Below are positions 9,143-20,100 of a stretch of DNA of 64,000 nt, in pieces. This DNA comes from an uncultured Anaerolineaceae bacterium. GTDB taxonomy: Bacteria; Chloroflexota; Anaerolineae; Aggregatilineales; Phototrophicaceae. The notes under the pieces are model-generated. The model saw only the letters and a list, made by a program, of their open reading frames with translations. It made no database searches and was not told the DNA's origin. The stretch lies in the NCBI GenBank assembly GCA_964548765.1, contig CAZJSU010000003.1, positions 31,965-95,964 of the forward strand, read 5' to 3'. Numbering within the stretch: position 1 is the first letter of the stretch; each line of letters starts with the position of its first letter. The position numbers and the translations under genes are program-made.

Positions 9143-10906
9143 ATGCTCGATACCCCCAGTAACTTACTCGACGATGTACGCGGTATTCGGGCGCTGGTGA
9201 AAGAAGTCGAAACCGCCCTCCGCAGCCAGCATCAGATTTTGCAGATGCGCGGCATGAGCCTGCCTGCTGGCACGTTCAACACCCTAAGCGAGCTGGAGAG
9301 CGACCTGACGACGATTGAAACGGCGCTGGTCAACGAAGCGACGGAACTGAGCCAGCTCAGGGCGCTGGCTGGCACGTCGGAGCAGATCAACTCCTCGCTT
9401 GATCTGGACGAAGTGCTGCGCGAAGCCATTCAGAACGTCGTAGACCTTTCTGGCGCGGAGCGCGGCTACATCGTCCTCGCCAACCCGTTTTCTGACGAAT
9501 GGGAGTTCCGCATCGCCCACGACCCGGAACAGCAGGACAAGCAGGGCGTGGTCACGTTTCAGGGCAGCCGCAGCATCCTGCGAAAAGTGCTGGAAAGCGG
9601 CGAGGGCCTGCTGACGGACAACGCCTTCGATGATGAGCGCTTCAGCGATAACAACGCCACCATCGCGCGGCTGGCGCTGCGGTCGGTGGTCTGCGTGCCG
9701 CTCAAACTGAAGGACCGGGTGATCGGCGCGGTCTATGTGGACAACCGCCTGCGTACCGGCGTGTTCCACGAGCGGGAGCGCAATCTGCTGGAGGCGTTTG
9801 CCAACCAGGCTTCCATCACCATCGAGAACGCGCGCCTTTTTACCCGTGTGCAGACCAACCTCAACGCCATCACCGAACTCAAGGAGTTCATGAACAACAT
9901 CTTCGAGAGTATCGGCAGCGGCGTAATTACCACCGACAGCCAGCACAATATCACCATTTACAACCGCGCCGCCGCGCAAATTCTGGACACTGACCATGAA
10001 AGCGCGGTCGGCCAGCCGCTGGCAAACATGCTGCCCGGCTTCGAGCAGCAGTTCGCCAATGAACTGCTGACGGTCTACGAGAAGCACGAAAGCTGCGCCG
10101 TCAGTATGGAACTGGACGACGCGGAGCGCGGGCGCAGGGCGTTAAGCGTGAAGATCAGCCCACTCAAAGACGCGGGCGCGCAGGCCCCGCACGGGCTGGC
10201 GCTGGTCATAGACGACCTGACCGAACAGCGCGAGAGCGAGGCCATCCTCAGCACGCTGCGGCGCTACCTGCCGCCGGAAATGGTGGACAACATCACCACC
10301 ATCGCCAATCTGGAACTGGGCGGAGAACGGCGCGAAGTGACCTGTATCTTCGTGGAAGTGCGCCCGCTGTCATCCTTCCCTACCGGGCTGCGCGCGCAGC
10401 AGATCATGGAACTGCTCAACATGCACCTGACCGTCGCCTCGGACTGCATCCACGACGCGCAGGGCGTGATTGACAAGTACATGGGGCATGAGGTGATGGG
10501 CCTGTTTAACTCGCAGCTTTCCCCCTGTGCCGACCACGCCGCCCGCGCCGTGCAGGCCGCGTTGGCGATGCGCGAAGCCTTCCTGCGCCTGTATAAGCAG
10601 TTGGGCATCCAGCCCGACCCGCATCATTACCGCATCGGCATTCATACGGGCGTGGCGACGCTGGGCAACGTGGGCAGCCTCAACCGCCGCGACTTCACCG
10701 CCATCGGCGACACGATCAACCTCGCCAAGCGGCTGGAAGAAAACGCGGCCAGCGGGCAGATCATCATCAGCGAAGACACACTGGCACACATGCGCCAGCA
10801 CAACGCGCCGGGCTTCCTGCAAGGTGTGCGCTGTGAAGAACGGGAAGCCATTCAGGTCAAGGGTCGCCAGCAAAAGACCCGCATTTATGAGGTATTTACA
10901 TCATGA
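9143..10906 (+). CDS. Class-III adenylate/guanylate cyclase with coiled-coil, GAF and PAS sensory domains.
   Basis: 587 aa. The C-terminal CHD domain carries FTAIGDTINLAKRLEE and GHEVMGLFN motifs. The stop overlaps the next start as ATGA. Confidence 0.8.
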   Translation: MLDTPSNLLDDVRGIRALVKEVETALRSQHQILQMRGMSLPAGTFNTLSELESDLTTIETALVNEATELSQLRALAGTSEQINSSLDLDEVLREAIQNVVDLSGAERGYIVLANPFSDEWEFRIAHDPEQQDKQGVVTFQGSRSILRKVLESGEGLLTDNAFDDERFSDNNATIARLALRSVVCVPLKLKDRVIGAVYVDNRLRTGVFHERERNLLEAFANQASITIENARLFTRVQTNLNAITELKEFMNNIFESIGSGVITTDSQHNITIYNRAAAQILDTDHESAVGQPLANMLPGFEQQFANELLTVYEKHESCAVSMELDDAERGRRALSVKISPLKDAGAQAPHGLALVIDDLTEQRESEAILSTLRRYLPPEMVDNITTIANLELGGERREVTCIFVEVRPLSSFPTGLRAQQIMELLNMHLTVASDCIHDAQGVIDKYMGHEVMGLFNSQLSPCADHAARAVQAALAMREAFLRLYKQLGIQPDPHHYRIGIHTGVATLGNVGSLNRRDFTAIGDTINLAKRLEENAASGQIIISEDTLAHMRQHNAPGFLQGVRCEEREAIQVKGRQQKTRIYEVFTS

Positions 10907-12699
10907 CGTTTGAAGATACCGCCCGCATTAACACCGTTTCCGACGACCATTCTTCACAGCAGCAGGCGCGCCAGCTTGTCAAGCGCGTGGATGAACTGTC
11001 AGAACTGCTCAGGACGCAGCAGGACATCCTGCGCCAGCGCGGCATGAACCTGCCACCCAACGCGCTGCAAAGCCTGAAGGCGCTGAACGAAGGGCTGGAT
11101 AAGCTGTCGCAGCAGACCACCACCTCGCAGACCGAACTGCGCCGTCTGCGCGCGCTGGCAGAAACCACAGCGCTCGTCAACTCGTCGCTGGACACTTCCG
11201 AAGTGCTGGAGCGTGTGATGGATCGCGTGATCCAGCTTACCGGGGCAGAGCGCGGCTTTATCATGCTGAAGAACCGCCAGACCGACGCGCTGGAAGCCAC
11301 CGTCTCGCGCGGGATTGATCAGGGGCAGCTCAGCGAGAGCCGCTTTACCGTCAGCCGCACGATTGTGAATCAGGTGGCGGCCAGCGGCCAGCCAGAACTC
11401 ACCAGCAACGCCAGCAGCGACCCGCGCTATCAGGGCAACGAGAGCATCGTCGCCAACGCGCTGCGCAGCATTATCGCGGTGCCGCTGAAAACGCGCGGCG
11501 AGATCATCGGCGTGGTGTACTGCGACAACCGCTTTATGGCGGGCGTGTTCAACCAGAATGATCTGGACGTGGTGACGGACTTTGCTAATCAGGCGGCGGT
11601 CGCCATCGAAAACGCGCAGCTTTACGAATCCGCGCGGGTGCGGCTGGCCGAGGTGAAGGACACCAGCGAGATGATCTCCAATATTCTGGAGTCCATCGCC
11701 AGCGGGGTGATCGTGGTGGATATGCAGGGGCAGATCAACACCTGCAACCCGGTGGCCGAGGTGATCCTGAACCAGCCGCCAGACGAAATGATCGGTCAGG
11801 CGCTCTACGACGTGCTGCCCGCGTCCATCAACGGCGGCTTCAGGAGCATCGTGGAACGGGTGCAGCAAGCGGGCGCGCCGGAACTGGTCAAGCTGGAGCC
11901 GGTGCTTGATAACGGCAGCCAGCGCTTCTGGAACGTGATTATCAGCCCGCTGCGCGACTACACCGGCCAGATACAGGGCATGACGCTGGTGCTGGACGAC
12001 ATGACCGAGAGCAGGCAGCGACAGGAGCAGGTGCAGGAAGCCAGCCGCTACCTGCCGCCCGCGCTGGTGAAGAACCTGCGCGCGCTGGATATGACCGAGA
12101 TCGGCGACGAGGAACGGCTGATTACGGCTTTCTCCGCCGATGTGCGCGGCTTCAGCACCTACAGCGAAATGCTGGAACCGGAAGTGCTGATGCGTATCAT
12201 CAACCAGTACCTCTCGCTTGCCAGCGATGCCATCAACCTGTATGAGGGCGTGGTGGATAAGTTCATGGGCGACGCGGTGACAGGGCTGTTTAACACCCAG
12301 CTTCACCCCCAGCCCGACCACGCGGTGCGCGCTGTCCGCGCGGCGATGAGCCTGATGTACGACCTGCACGCGCTGCACGAATTCCTGCCAGACGAGCAGC
12401 GCCTGTCTTACGGCGTGGGCATTCACACGGGCATGGCGATGCTGGGCAACGTGGGCAGCCCGGAGCGCAAGGAATTCGCGGCCATCGGCGAGGCGACGGA
12501 GTTGAGCAAAATTCTGGAAAGCAACGCCAGCGGCGGCGAGATCATCATCAGCGCGGCGACTTATCAACTGGTGGAAGACCAGTTCGAGTGCGCGGCCTTT
12601 ACCCCCACTAGGACCAAAGGCCGCGATGACCTGAGCGTCGCTTACCGGGTGGTGAAGCGCAAGCGCAGTTCAGCCAGCCTGACGCTGGATGACTTTTAA
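10903..12699 (+). CDS. Paralogous coiled-coil-GAF-PAS class-III nucleotide cyclase.
   Basis: 598 aa, with a conserved N-terminal coiled-coil and GAF region (LTGAERGFIM versus LSGAERGYIV in the upstream paralog) and a CHD domain (FAAIGEATELSKILES). Confidence 0.8.
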   Translation: MTFEDTARINTVSDDHSSQQQARQLVKRVDELSELLRTQQDILRQRGMNLPPNALQSLKALNEGLDKLSQQTTTSQTELRRLRALAETTALVNSSLDTSEVLERVMDRVIQLTGAERGFIMLKNRQTDALEATVSRGIDQGQLSESRFTVSRTIVNQVAASGQPELTSNASSDPRYQGNESIVANALRSIIAVPLKTRGEIIGVVYCDNRFMAGVFNQNDLDVVTDFANQAAVAIENAQLYESARVRLAEVKDTSEMISNILESIASGVIVVDMQGQINTCNPVAEVILNQPPDEMIGQALYDVLPASINGGFRSIVERVQQAGAPELVKLEPVLDNGSQRFWNVIISPLRDYTGQIQGMTLVLDDMTESRQRQEQVQEASRYLPPALVKNLRALDMTEIGDEERLITAFSADVRGFSTYSEMLEPEVLMRIINQYLSLASDAINLYEGVVDKFMGDAVTGLFNTQLHPQPDHAVRAVRAAMSLMYDLHALHEFLPDEQRLSYGVGIHTGMAMLGNVGSPERKEFAAIGEATELSKILESNASGGEIIISAATYQLVEDQFECAAFTPTRTKGRDDLSVAYRVVKRKRSSASLTLDDF

Positions 12700-12701
12700 C
12701 G

Positions 12702-13316
12702 ATGGATTTAGAGCATCTGGAACAACTGGAGGAGCGCCCCCCGCCGCGAGAGCGTACAAAGTCGCGGCTGCGGATGGCGTGGGACTGGATACGCAAGCGC
12801 CCGCTGCCCATCGTCGGGCTGCGCGTGTACGACCAGCTCACGCGGCGGCTGACAGGCATCCCGGTCTGGCGTTACAGCCAGATCACACCGCAGCTTTATG
12901 TCGGCGGGCAGCACTGGCCGCCCGCGCTGGACGGGATGGACGAGCGCGGCATCCACAGCGTCGTCAACCTGCGCCGCGAATTTGACGATGCCGAGGCTGG
13001 CATCGCCCGCGAGCATTACCTGCACCTGCCCACCGAAGACAACACCGCCCTCTCGCAGCACGACCTGAAGGCAGGCGCGCGCTTTATTGCCGAGCGCATC
13101 GGCGCGGGCGACGCGGTCTATGTTCACTGCGCGGTCGGGGTCGGGCGCGCGCCCACGATGGCCGCCGCTTATCTGGTCAGCACCGGGGAAACGCCGGAGC
13201 AGGCATGGGAGACCATCCGCAGGCAGCGGCCTTTCATCTGGCCGAACCGCCGCCAGCGCGCCGCCCTGCGCCAGTTCGCCGACGATCTGAAAAATGCTGA
13301 CCGCCCAACTCGTTAA
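12702..13316 (+). CDS. Dual-specificity/tyrosine protein phosphatase (CX5R).
   Basis: VHCAVGVGRAPTMAAAYL gives the HCxxGxxR P-loop. The ATG is 3 nt after the cyclase stop. Confidence 0.75.
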   Translation: MDLEHLEQLEERPPPRERTKSRLRMAWDWIRKRPLPIVGLRVYDQLTRRLTGIPVWRYSQITPQLYVGGQHWPPALDGMDERGIHSVVNLRREFDDAEAGIAREHYLHLPTEDNTALSQHDLKAGARFIAERIGAGDAVYVHCAVGVGRAPTMAAAYLVSTGETPEQAWETIRRQRPFIWPNRRQRAALRQFADDLKNADRPTR

Positions 13317-13905
13317 GCTCATCATCCTGCTGGCCGCGCTGTTCACGCTGGCGATTGGCCTTGTCCGCGCGCAGCCTTACGAGAACGAAGCGGCGCGGGC
13401 GCTGCTGCTCCCGCCTGCGAACTGTCCCGCGCCGTGCTGGCAGGGCATCCGCCCCGATGACACTTCTATCGAAGAAGCGTTTGCCCTGCTGCGGGCGCAT
13501 CCCTGGGTGGCCGCGATAGACCAGCGCCTTTACGACATCTACACCGCGAACTGGCGATGGTCGGCGCAGCGCCCGCCGCTGATTCAGGAAACGAATTCCA
13601 ACACGCTGTGGTTCAGCAGTCATGGGCGGGTTGCCAGCGTGGAAATCATGACGCACATACGGCTGGGCGATGCGCGGCTGCTGCTGGGGCGGCCTGCGTG
13701 GACAAGCCGGGCTTCTTTGGGCAGCCAGATGCTACAGGTGGCGGACTTCTACCCACAGTATCACATGATCGTTTTCTACAGCCTGCCGTGTCCGGCCAGC
13801 GTGGATGCACTGTGGCGGGTCGAGGTCGGGCTGTTGTGGCAGGACATCAGCGGCATTAGCGGGCGGACCGGGGCCAACCTGACAGGGGCGCTTCTGCGGT
13901 GTTAG
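13294..13905 (+). CDS. Hypothetical membrane-anchored or secreted protein.
   Basis: N-terminal hydrophobic helix LVKLIILLAALFTLAIGLV. It overlaps the phosphatase stop. Confidence 0.5.
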   Translation: MLTAQLVKLIILLAALFTLAIGLVRAQPYENEAARALLLPPANCPAPCWQGIRPDDTSIEEAFALLRAHPWVAAIDQRLYDIYTANWRWSAQRPPLIQETNSNTLWFSSHGRVASVEIMTHIRLGDARLLLGRPAWTSRASLGSQMLQVADFYPQYHMIVFYSLPCPASVDALWRVEVGLLWQDISGISGRTGANLTGALLRC

Positions 13906-13915
13906 ACCTCACCCC

Positions 13916-15448
13916 CTAATTCACCCGTTTCGCCAGCACCAGAATGTAACTGCCGAAGGTGTTCGGGTCGCCCGGCGGCTCGCCGCTGTAGCGCCCGGCG
14001 CGGATGTAATACGTGCCAGTGGCGGGCAGGCGATAACCCGCGATCCGCGCGTTGCGGTCGCCGCCGCCATCGTCATCGCTGGCGACCACCTGTAAACCGC
14101 TGTTCAGGATGCTCACCAGCGGGTCGAGGTTGCCATCGGCCCGGTTCATCGAAACCGTCACGACATCCCCCTCTACCCCCCAGAAGGCATACAGCGCCTC
14201 TGGCTTGAGGCCGTCAATGTAGCCTGTGGTAGTGCTGCCATAAGCCATACGCAGTACGCCCTCTGGCACATCGTCGAAGGCGTTGCCGAGGCTTTGCAGT
14301 TGCAGGCGGTACGTGCCGCTGGTGGTTCCCTGTTCGCGGTCGAAGCGGGTGGCGAGGATGTAATAGGTGCCGTCCGCCGGGATGAGGTACTGCGCGATCA
14401 GCGCGTTCTGGCCGCCGCCGCTGTCGTCATCGCTGGCAAGCTGGTTGAGCGCCTCGTCGGCCAGCACCACAAACGAATCCAGCCCACCGCCCAGCCGCTC
14501 CATCCGCACACTGATGAGGTCGTTGGCGCGCGCCTCGAAGCGGTAATAGCGCGTGTGCTGCCCGCCTGTCAGTTCGCCGTCCACGCTGTCGCCGATTTGC
14601 AGCGGGTAGGGGGCCTGTACCGAATTGCCCAGCCCGCTGTCCTCCGCCTCCTCCAGCGACAGGACAAAGCTGCCGCTGCTCCGGCCAGAAGCCTGCCCAT
14701 AACGCGAGGCGACGATAACATAGGTATCACTCTCTTCGATCACCAGCCCTTCGATGCCCGCGTCAAACGGCACCGCCGCGCCCAGCAGGTCGTCGTTATC
14801 GGCCACGACGTAAGCGTTGCCATCGCGCACCTGCACCACCTGAAGGTAGGCATCCAGATCACCGGACACGCGGCGCATTCGGATATTCACGATGTCGCCC
14901 TGCTGCGCGCGGAAGCTGTAGTATAACTGTGGCTCCATGTCGTCAATGCGGTTGATGATGCTGTCGCCATAACGAAGCTGGCTGCCGCTGGCGGAACTGA
15001 CGCTGACGCGGTTAATGTTGAGTTCAAAGCCGCCCGCCGTGCTGCCCAGCGCATAACCGAAGCGCCCGACGACGACATAGTAACGGTCGGTCTGCGGCAG
15101 GGTCAGTGCCGGGATGCTGGGGATGCGGCTGCCCTTATGATCGTCCAGCGTGGCGACCAAACGCCCGCGATTGTCCAGCACGGTCAGCACCGGGTCGAGG
15201 TCGCCATCGGTCACGCGCAGGCCGATCGAAACCACCTCGCCGCGCAGCCCCTCGAAGTAATAGACCGCGCGCGGGTTGGCGTTGGTCAGCCGTCCGGTCA
15301 GCGTCGCGCCGTAGGCCACCCCTGTATCTTCCTGCTGCTGTGCGGAGAGCGGCGGCGCGAAGCACAGCGCGACGAGCAGGCACCACAGGCTAAAACCCGC
15401 AGCGCGGCGGGCGATGCTGAAGGTCATCTCAACCCGCGTGATGCCCAT
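13916..15448 (-). CDS. Secreted protein with four tandem PPC (pre-peptidase C-terminal-like) beta-sandwich repeats.
   Basis: Signal peptide, then four ~115-aa repeats sharing YYF..G..V.I....GDLD..L.V...G..VA.DDD...GTYYI. The start overlaps the upstream HK stop by 20 nt. Confidence 0.7.
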   Translation of the reverse strand: MGITRVEMTFSIARRAAGFSLWCLLVALCFAPPLSAQQQEDTGVAYGATLTGRLTNANPRAVYYFEGLRGEVVSIGLRVTDGDLDPVLTVLDNRGRLVATLDDHKGSRIPSIPALTLPQTDRYYVVVGRFGYALGSTAGGFELNINRVSVSSASGSQLRYGDSIINRIDDMEPQLYYSFRAQQGDIVNIRMRRVSGDLDAYLQVVQVRDGNAYVVADNDDLLGAAVPFDAGIEGLVIEESDTYVIVASRYGQASGRSSGSFVLSLEEAEDSGLGNSVQAPYPLQIGDSVDGELTGGQHTRYYRFEARANDLISVRMERLGGGLDSFVVLADEALNQLASDDDSGGGQNALIAQYLIPADGTYYILATRFDREQGTTSGTYRLQLQSLGNAFDDVPEGVLRMAYGSTTTGYIDGLKPEALYAFWGVEGDVVTVSMNRADGNLDPLVSILNSGLQVVASDDDGGGDRNARIAGYRLPATGTYYIRAGRYSGEPPGDPNTFGSYILVLAKRVN

Positions 15449-17015
15449 TACTCTCGGCGTTGGTCTGGATAGGCAGGCGCACGATAAAGGTCGTGCCTGT
15501 GCCGACCTCGCTGGTCACTTCGATGCTGCCCTTGTGGACATCCACCACCTGCTTGGTGATCGCCAGCCCCAGCCCTGTCCCCTGAAACGTCTCGACATTC
15601 GCCGCCCGCTGGAACGGTTCGAACAGGCGCGGCAGGTCATCCGCCGGGATGCCGATGCCCTCATCGGAAACGCGCACCACCGCCTCGCCGCCTTCAAGCG
15701 AGAGCGTTAGCTGCACCTGCCCGCCCGCCGGAGAGTATTTGATGGCGTTGGTCAGCAGGTTGTTAAAGGCATGGCGCAGCAGGCGGCGGTCAATGCAGGC
15801 TTCCACGCGCCGCCCCATGCCGCTAAACACCAGTTGATGGGTGGCGCTGTAAGTCCATTCCAGTTCTTCAACGATGTCGCGCAGATAAGTCTCAAGGTCG
15901 TAAGTTTCCAGCTTCAGGTCCTGCGCCATGAACTCGGTCTTGCTGATCGTCAGCACATCGCTGATGAGTTCGGAGAGATAGCGCACCTGCGCCTCGATAT
16001 TTTCAATCGACTCGCGCTTCTCTTCTTCGGTGGCGCGGTCGCCATATTTTTTTAGCATGTCACTCGCCAGCCGGATAGAGGCCAGCGGGGTACGCAGTTC
16101 ATGCGACATCATGGACATGAAGCGATCCTTCAGCTTGCGTACTTCGCGCTCTTTATCCAGCGCTACCACCAGCCGTTCGCGCTCGATAATCTCCGCCTCA
16201 AGGCGTTTGCGTTCGGTGATGTCCTGTACGATGCCGGTGAACATCGGACGGTGATTGATCTCGGTGCGGCTGAGGGCGATATACATAGGAAACAGGGTGC
16301 TGTCGCGCCGCCTGCCCAGAATCTCATGCCCTACCCGGTTGAACGAGGCCATGAATTCGGACGTGTAGCCGTGATCGGCCAGATGATACTCCGGGGCGAT
16401 GAGGTCTTCGATATTCCTGCCCGCCATCTCGCCGGGGCCGTACTGGAAAATCTGCTCGGCCATCGGGTTTGCTGTCTGGATAATGCCGTTGTTGTCCAGC
16501 GTGACGATGCCATCCACCACGTTGTCGAGAATGGCCTGTATGCGTGTTCGGCTTTCTTCCAGTTCGATCTGCACGCGCTTCAGTTCGGTCACGTTCTGGT
16601 GCGCCACAATCAGGCGGATGGTGTCGTACCAGTCGAAGCGCGTCACGCGCACCACGTACCAGCGGCGTTCTGTCGGGCTGTGGCAGGGGTATTCCAGATA
16701 GAACTCGTTAAGCTGCCGCCCCATCACCTCGCGGATACCGCGCGCGACGGCGGTGGCATCGTGCGAGTTGTTCAGCGCGGCTCTTTCGCACACGTCGAGG
16801 TAATTCAACCCTACGCCATAGCTGGTATCGGGATAATCGTTATCACGGGCGTAGTCGCGCCAGGCGTTGTTGACCTGTAAGATCGCGCCGCTTTCATCAA
16901 GGATGGCGACATGCGCGGAAAGCGCGTTCAGCGCGGAGAGGACAAAACTCTCGGCCTCGCTGTAGACTTCTTCAGTACAGTTCTCAAGAGCCGGGGTAAT
17001 CAGGCGTGGCTTCAC
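15429..17015 (-). CDS. Soluble PAS-domain sensor histidine kinase.
   Basis: H-box HELRTPLASI and ATP-lid GTGLGLAI, with PAS-like N-terminal segments. No TM helix is evident and there is no adjacent response regulator. Confidence 0.85.
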   Translation of the reverse strand: MKPRLITPALENCTEEVYSEAESFVLSALNALSAHVAILDESGAILQVNNAWRDYARDNDYPDTSYGVGLNYLDVCERAALNNSHDATAVARGIREVMGRQLNEFYLEYPCHSPTERRWYVVRVTRFDWYDTIRLIVAHQNVTELKRVQIELEESRTRIQAILDNVVDGIVTLDNNGIIQTANPMAEQIFQYGPGEMAGRNIEDLIAPEYHLADHGYTSEFMASFNRVGHEILGRRRDSTLFPMYIALSRTEINHRPMFTGIVQDITERKRLEAEIIERERLVVALDKEREVRKLKDRFMSMMSHELRTPLASIRLASDMLKKYGDRATEEEKRESIENIEAQVRYLSELISDVLTISKTEFMAQDLKLETYDLETYLRDIVEELEWTYSATHQLVFSGMGRRVEACIDRRLLRHAFNNLLTNAIKYSPAGGQVQLTLSLEGGEAVVRVSDEGIGIPADDLPRLFEPFQRAANVETFQGTGLGLAITKQVVDVHKGSIEVTSEVGTGTTFIVRLPIQTNAESNGHHAG

Positions 17016-17110
17016 AGCAACTACCTTTATAAAGGTGAGCGTTTGCTTAATTTATAACACACATCCTACCTTTCCTCCAATCCCCCAAAGCAACACTTTT
17101 TGCAATACTT

Positions 17111-20100
17111 TTGGGTACTTCTGTGAGGCTGGCGCGCCAGCAGGGGACATACTATACTGGTCATCAGCAGACATCGTACCCACGTAGCTGGAACAGGCGC
17201 AGGGCGTGCGGCGTGAATATCAATAACCTGAGTGGACAAAAACTGGGACAGTACGAAATCCGTGACCTGCTCGGTACAGGGGGTATGGCCGCTGTTTATC
17301 GCGCCTACCAGCCAACCCTCAACCGCGAGATCGCCATTAAAGTGCTGGCCCCTAACCTCGTCGGTCAGCAGGAATACCGCAGCCGCTTCTACCGCGAGGC
17401 GCGCACCGCCGCCGCGCTGGAACACGCGCATATCGTCCCCATCCACGACTTCGGCAGCGAGGGCGACATCAGTTACGTGGTGATGCGCCTGCTGACAGGC
17501 GGCTCGCTGGAACAGCGCATCAACCAGCGCCGGGCCGCCAGCCAGCCGCTGCCCGCGCTGAAGGAAATTTCGCGCCTGCTGAGCCAGGTGGCAAGCGCGC
17601 TGGATTACGCCCATAGTCAGGGGGTCATCCACCGCGACATCAAAGCCAGCAATATCATGTTCGACCAGCACGGCAGCGCTTTTATCGTGGACTTCGGCAT
17701 CGCGCGCCTGCTGGAAGTCACCTCGCAGATGACCAACACGGGCGTGACGATGGGGACACCCTCGTATATGCCGCCGGAACAGTGGCGCAGCGAGGAAATC
17801 ACCCCGGCGGTAGACCAGTACGCGCTCGGCGTGCTGATCTACATCCTGCTCACGGGCGACCTGCCCTTTAAGGCCGCCACGCCTTACGGGCTGATGCACA
17901 AGCACCTGCACGAAACGCCCACCCCGCCGCAGGTGCTGCGCGCCGAAGTCCCGGCGGCGGTGACGGATGTGCTTCAGCGGGCGATGTCTAAACAGCCGGA
18001 AGACCGTTACATGACCATCCGGCACTTCGCCGAGGATTTTGCCGCAGCCATCAGCGGGACGGACGAAAAATCCACCCAGTTCTTTACCTATCAGATGCCT
18101 GTGCGCGAGGTGACCCCCGCCCGCGCCATGTCCACCCTGCCCGACGACGCGCCCACAGTTACCCCGGTGCAGTTCACGCCCGCCCCCGTGCTGACCCCCG
18201 CGCCGACAGGCAGCACCCCGCGCGCATGGTGGGGCAATCCGCTGCTGTGGGTGGGCGGGCTGGCCGCAGCGCTGCTGGTGATCGTATTCGCCCTGCTCCT
18301 CAGCAACCAGCGCCCGCCCGATGACCTGGAGCGCCAGCTTACTCAGGTGGTGCTGAACATCACCCAGACCGCGCTGGCACGCGGCGCGGAGGTGGTGCTG
18401 GCACCGCCGAGCGCCACGCCTACGCCGACAGACGAGATCACCGAGGCCGCGCTGACCGCGCCCACCTCGGAGAATCCGCCAACCGCTACTGAGGTGCTGT
18501 CTGCGCCGGAAGCGCGACCGCTGCGCGCGGTCACGGTGCGCGAAGGGCCGGGGACGGCTTATACCGAAATGACCACGCTGGCCGCCGGGGATAACGTACA
18601 GGTCATCGGCGTAAGCGCCAACGGCAACTGGTTTCAGATACTGCTGCCAGACGGACGAGAAGGCTGGGTCGCGCCTTCGCCGCTGCTGCTCGAATTCGCG
18701 GGCGACCTGAACGGGCTGCCTGTGGTCGCCGCGCCGGAGGACACGCCGACCGATACGCCTTTCCCGACGCGCACCCCTGCGCCGACGGTCACGCCGAGCC
18801 CCAGCGCGACCGCGACAGAGCGCGTCGTGGCGCAGGCGGCGACTGTGACCCGAACGCCATCGCCAAGCAGTACGCCGACCGCCACTGCTACACCATCGCC
18901 AAGCAGCACACCAACGGCGACGGATACCGCCACCGACACGCCATCGCCCACAGCCAGCCACACGCCGACCTTTACGGCGACGGTGACAGCCACCCGAACG
19001 GACACGCCCGCGCCGACGGCCACGCCCACCCAGACCGCCAGCGCGACCCCGACGGACACACCCACCACAACGCCGACGCTGACCGCCACGCCTTCGGACA
19101 CGCCGACACCGACGGACAGGCCCGCGCCAACCATCACGCCCCTGCCGCTGGCGGGCAACGGCCAGATCGTCTATATGTCGCGTCCGGGGAATCAGTTTGA
19201 CCTGTACGTGATGGAGGCTAACGGCAGCAAGCCGCGCCCGCTCGTGACCGGGGCGGGGAACAAATTCATCCCCTCATGGTTTGATTACGGGCGACAGGTG
19301 ATTTTTAACGTTGTGCGCTCAGCCTATGGCGATCAGGAACTGGTGATTGTGGACGCGAACGGCGAAAACGTATGCCGCATCACCGATAACGACATTCAGG
19401 AACGCGGCGCAGAGGTTTCGCCGGATAACACGCTGATCGCCTTTGGCTCGGATGAAGACGGCACGGTTGAAATCTGGGTGATGGACTTCAACGACACCAC
19501 TCGCCGCCGACGGCTGACCGATCTGGGCGCGCCGCTGACGATCCAGCCTAACTGGTCGCCAGATGGGTCACAGATCGCCTTTGCCTCCAATCTGGGCGGG
19601 AACTGGGGCGTTTATGTCATGGGCAGTGATGGCACCGACGTGCGCCGCCTGACCGCAGAGGACGTGAACGCATGGCACCCGGCATGGTCGCCAGATGGCA
19701 CACAGATCGCCTTCACGGGCGACCTGCAGGAGAACGCCGCTGTTTACATCATGGACGCGGACGGCGGTAACATCCAGCATATCGCCGACATCAGCGTCAC
19801 CTTCAGCCAGCTTACGGCGGGCGACGCGGCATGGTCGCCGGACGGCACAAAAATCGCCTTTACGTCGCTGCTGACTGGTGACGAGGAAATTATGCTGGTG
19901 GACTTGCAGAGCGGCACACTGACCGCGCTGACAGAGAACACCTACGATGATCGCGCCCCATACTGGCAGCCGCTTTATGCAGACCCCGCGCCACCAGCGC
20001 CGCGCGCGCCGACCGTGTTTGTCCTCGGCTTCGAGCGGGTGAACATCCGCAGCGCGCCGACGACCAGTTCGCTGGCTGTCACCACTGCTGGCGCGGCGAC

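Noticed and set aside
12702-13905. Pycsar/CBASS-like cyclase-effector defence operon.
   Set aside because: The cyclases carry large GAF-PAS sensory N-termini and occur as a duplicated pair. The downstream partners are a CX5R phosphatase and a single-TM protein, not TIR or multi-TM effector types. It was kept only as a low-probability alternative in the findings.
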